The notes beneath the pieces were generated by a model, which saw only the letters and a list, made by a program, of their open reading frames with translations, was not told the DNA's origin and searched no databases. From positions 85,043-149,042 of the forward strand of contig JANOAV010000035.1 of assembly GCA_031411295.1 (NCBI GenBank): a stretch of 64,000 nucleotides of DNA. The letters are read 5' to 3'. This document shows positions 61,409 to 64,000 of the stretch, in pieces. Both the position numbers and the translations under genes were made by a program. Within the stretch, counting starts at the first letter, position 1, and each line of letters opens with the position of its first letter. The DNA is from Verrucomicrobiales bacterium (lineage in GTDB: Bacteria; Verrucomicrobiota; Verrucomicrobiia; Verrucomicrobiales; V1-33).

Positions 61409-61990
61409 TTACGCTTCGGGCTCCTCCACCGGCATTACGTTTTCATAAAATGTGGCCAGGGGCAATTCCAGTGCCACGGACTCCAGGCGCACGATCCCTT
61501 GCGGGTCATCAATCATTTCCTGCTCCCAATTGGAGCGGCGGCGGAAGATGGTGACAGCTTGGCATTTTTGCTCGACTAAGACGTATTCTTCCAAGGTTGG
61601 TATGGTGATATAGCGGAGAAATTTCTCGCTGCGATCCACCCGCTCCGTGGACTTGGAAAGCACTTCGATGATGAGCTTGGGGAATCGGAGAAATTGAGTG
61701 TGCGTATCGCGTTCATCACAGCCCACCATGACATCAGGATAATAAAACGCGTCTTGATTGAATGCTAGGATGCGCACGAGGGCATCCGCCATAAAGACGC
61801 GGCAGGGCTTGCCTCGGAGGTGGTTACGGATCTCGCCATAGAAATTTCCACTGATCGTATTGTGATTCAATAATCCTGCCGCCATGGCAAAAATTTCCCC
61901 ATCCACATATTCGTGCCGCAGTTCGCTGAGCGGCTCGCCTTGCAGATATTCTTCTACTGTGATCTTGAAGCGTAAGTTGGGGGCTCCCAT
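61409..61990 (-). CDS. Uma2 family endonuclease
   Basis: EEYL..E...RHEYVDGEI, YYPDVMV, IEVLSKST...D...K...Y, LEEYVLV. Confidence 0.92.
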   Translation of the reverse strand: MGAPNLRFKITVEEYLQGEPLSELRHEYVDGEIFAMAAGLLNHNTISGNFYGEIRNHLRGKPCRVFMADALVRILAFNQDAFYYPDVMVGCDERDTHTQFLRFPKLIIEVLSKSTERVDRSEKFLRYITIPTLEEYVLVEQKCQAVTIFRRRSNWEQEMIDDPQGIVRLESVALELPLATFYENVMPVEEPEA

Positions 61991-62060
61991 AGGAGGGAGC
62001 CGTAGGGTCATCCAGTGCCGCACGCAAGTTCGATGTTGGTGTGTGTGGCTCCGGCTCCAA

Positions 62061-62120
62061 GGGGGCTTTGCAAGCCCCGGCATGCTGCTCAGGCCAGTGT
62101 GAGGGGCTTGCAAAGCCCCC
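62061..62120. repeat. Inverted pair of palindromic units
   Basis: gggggctttgcaagcccc / ggggcttgcaaagccccc perfect 18-bp IR. Confidence 0.7.
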
Positions 62121-62158
62121 CTCCTTGTGGTGACGCAAATTGCGTGGGCTACCTTCGT

Positions 62159-64000
62159 TCAAGGAAGATAGCGAAAATCAAGACTGGCGAAAAGAGATTG
62201 TTGCACAGCGGTCCAGGCGTCCGAGGCGTGGGGGGATGATTGGAGAAACTCCCGGCAGCGGGCGGATTCGGCGGCTGACGGAAGCCGGCCTAACGTGCGA
62301 CGGAAAGTGAGCGCTAAGCGATCCTCATCGGATGTCACTTCAGTCATGACGCGTTCGGCTGCTGCTTTGGCTTGTTCGAGGACGAACGGGTGATTCAGAA
62401 AATAGAGCGCCTGCGGAGCCACGGTGCTGACATTGCGCTGGCCGACGGGTTGATTGATGTCGCCAAAGTCGAACACTTCAAACAAGTCCAGCCGCTTGTT
62501 GCGGAAGGCGGGGACGTAAACGCTGCGTTTCGTGTCCGTGAACTTGTAGCCATACTCGATGTCTTGCGCGGAGAAATTGTTGGGATCGATGTCGCCTGCC
62601 CCGGCAATGTTCTGGCCGAGATAGCTTGGTTCCAATTTCCCTGACATGCTTAGGAGAGTGTCTCTAATCTGTTCCGCATCCAACCGCCGCCGATTCGCAT
62701 GCGCCAGCAGCCGATTCTCCGGATCCTCACTGGTGGCCGATTGCACGGCTTGTTGCCAGGTGGAACTCAGTAAAATTTCCCGCAGCAATTGTTTCACGCT
62801 CCATTGATGTTTCGTCAGTTTCAGCGCCAGGAAATCGAGCAATTCAGGATGGCTGGGTAACTCTCCGGTGGTGCCGAAATTATCCACCGTGCGCACCAGT
62901 CCCTGACCGAAGGCCCATGTCCAAATGCGATTCGCCAGCACGCGGGAAGTCAGCGGGTGTTCTGCGCTGGCAATCCATTCCGCCAGCTCCTTGCGGCCAC
63001 TTTGCTTGGCTGGGAAGGTTGCTGCCGACGTTGTGACTACTTGCAGGAAGCCGCGGGGGACGGTCTCTCCGCGTTGTTTCTCGATGCCTCGCACTCGAAT
63101 CTGGGCATCGCCAATGGCTGCAGCATCATCGTGCACGGTCATGGCGGTTTGGCGTCGGGGGGCGTGCTCGGTGAGTTGCTTCAGTTCGCCTTCCAAGGTC
63201 TTGACCTGCTGCTTCACTTCCTTAACCGCAACCTCATCGTTGGGGGATTCTTTGGCCGTGGCGGTCTTGTCTGATGCGGGAAGCAACTGGATTGCGTCCA
63301 CGGTGACAAAACCCTTCGTGCCCTCATTGCAGAGGAGAACGTAACCGGCTCCGTCTTTCTCAAAACGAAATTTCCCCAGACTCACGAATCGTCCGTCGAT
63401 GGGGGGCGGCAGGGTTTGATCCACATAAATGGTGTCTTCGCCATCGGCATGCAGAATGTTGATCTTCACATTGTTAGCACGCCCCTGAGCATGCGTGTAA
63501 GCTAGTCGAACTTCATAGGAATCCGTCTGTGGGATGGCGGGGGTAAAGGTAATGGTGCGCTCACCCTTGGCTTTGTTATCGTCAGACAGGTAGCCCTTGC
63601 CGATGTAACTGTGCACGTGCACGGAATGCTTCCATTCGCCCACGACCTTGGCATCTGCATCGTCCAGCACAATGCCAGGCAAGGATTCCGGGGCGATGGG
63701 CATGGCGGGGGCGGAGGTTTCAGCCGCAATGTATTTCGAGAGTTCTGTCAGCTTCGCCTTCGCTTGGGTTAGTTGTTTCTCAAGCGATTTGACTTTCGTT
63801 TCATGCGCCACCAGCAGTTCCTCTTGCGGGCCGTCTTCAGGCAGTGGTTGGGAAATCCATCGTGCGACATTTTCCTCGTAACTCATGAGCGTCCGCGTGC
63901 TGGCAAAGATGCCGGCCAGAGCATAGTAGTCGCGCTGCGGAATGGGATCGAACTTGTGATCATGACACCGCGCGCAGCCAATCGTCTGACCTAACAGCGC
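62159..64000 (-). CDS. DUF1549/DUF1553 (PSD1) protein with an inserted Golvesin/xanthan-lyase-like module; 5' end outside the window
   Basis: [11 protein letters not shown] in the open frame to 64000; [42 protein letters not shown]. Confidence 0.92.
   Translation of the reverse strand, partial: ALLGQTIGCARCHDHKFDPIPQRDYYALAGIFASTRTLMSYEENVARWISQPLPEDGPQEELLVAHETKVKSLEKQLTQAKAKLTELSKYIAAETSAPAMPIAPESLPGIVLDDADAKVVGEWKHSVHVHSYIGKGYLSDDNKAKGERTITFTPAIPQTDSYEVRLAYTHAQGRANNVKINILHADGEDTIYVDQTLPPPIDGRFVSLGKFRFEKDGAGYVLLCNEGTKGFVTVDAIQLLPASDKTATAKESPNDEVAVKEVKQQVKTLEGELKQLTEHAPRRQTAMTVHDDAAAIGDAQIRVRGIEKQRGETVPRGFLQVVTTSAATFPAKQSGRKELAEWIASAEHPLTSRVLANRIWTWAFGQGLVRTVDNFGTTGELPSHPELLDFLALKLTKHQWSVKQLLREILLSSTWQQAVQSATSEDPENRLLAHANRRRLDAEQIRDTLLSMSGKLEPSYLGQNIAGAGDIDPNNFSAQDIEYGYKFTDTKRSVYVPAFRNKRLDLFEVFDFGDINQPVGQRNVSTVAPQALYFLNHPFVLEQAKAAAERVMTEVTSDEDRLALTFRRTLGRLPSAAESARCREFLQSSPHASDAWTAVQQSLFASLDFRYLP

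Overview
GC-rich bacterial window with Verrucomicrobiota-like gene content (DUF1553/DUF1501 pair, PVC-type ECF sigma factor, FG-GAP/NHL secreted proteins); the taxon is inferred from gene content. Housekeeping genes (acs, mazG, alaS, serS, an aminopeptidase) surround a ~27 kb accessory block (19.4-46.6 kb). Three observations stand out. (1) alaS carries an in-frame ~240-codon insertion encoding an apparently intact REP-associated HUH/Y1 tyrosine transposase, bracketed by mirror-image GTAG-REP hairpin arrays and an in-frame 15-bp direct repeat. (2) Eighteen copies of a 20-bp palindromic operator (YATCCGACY-NN-RGTCGGATR) with recurring 31/43-45 bp spacing sit upstream of three histidine kinases and their neighbouring secreted/membrane genes, suggesting a local regulon. 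(3) A duplicated ~160-nt structured 5' leader precedes two large secreted beta-propeller proteins. Also present: two convergent genes each broken by one in-frame stop, several REP/MITE families, an Rpn nuclease, a ynbABCD-like lipid operon and candidate ncRNAs. No rRNA, tRNA or CRISPR array was recognised. All assignments come from reading the sequence by eye; no searches were run.
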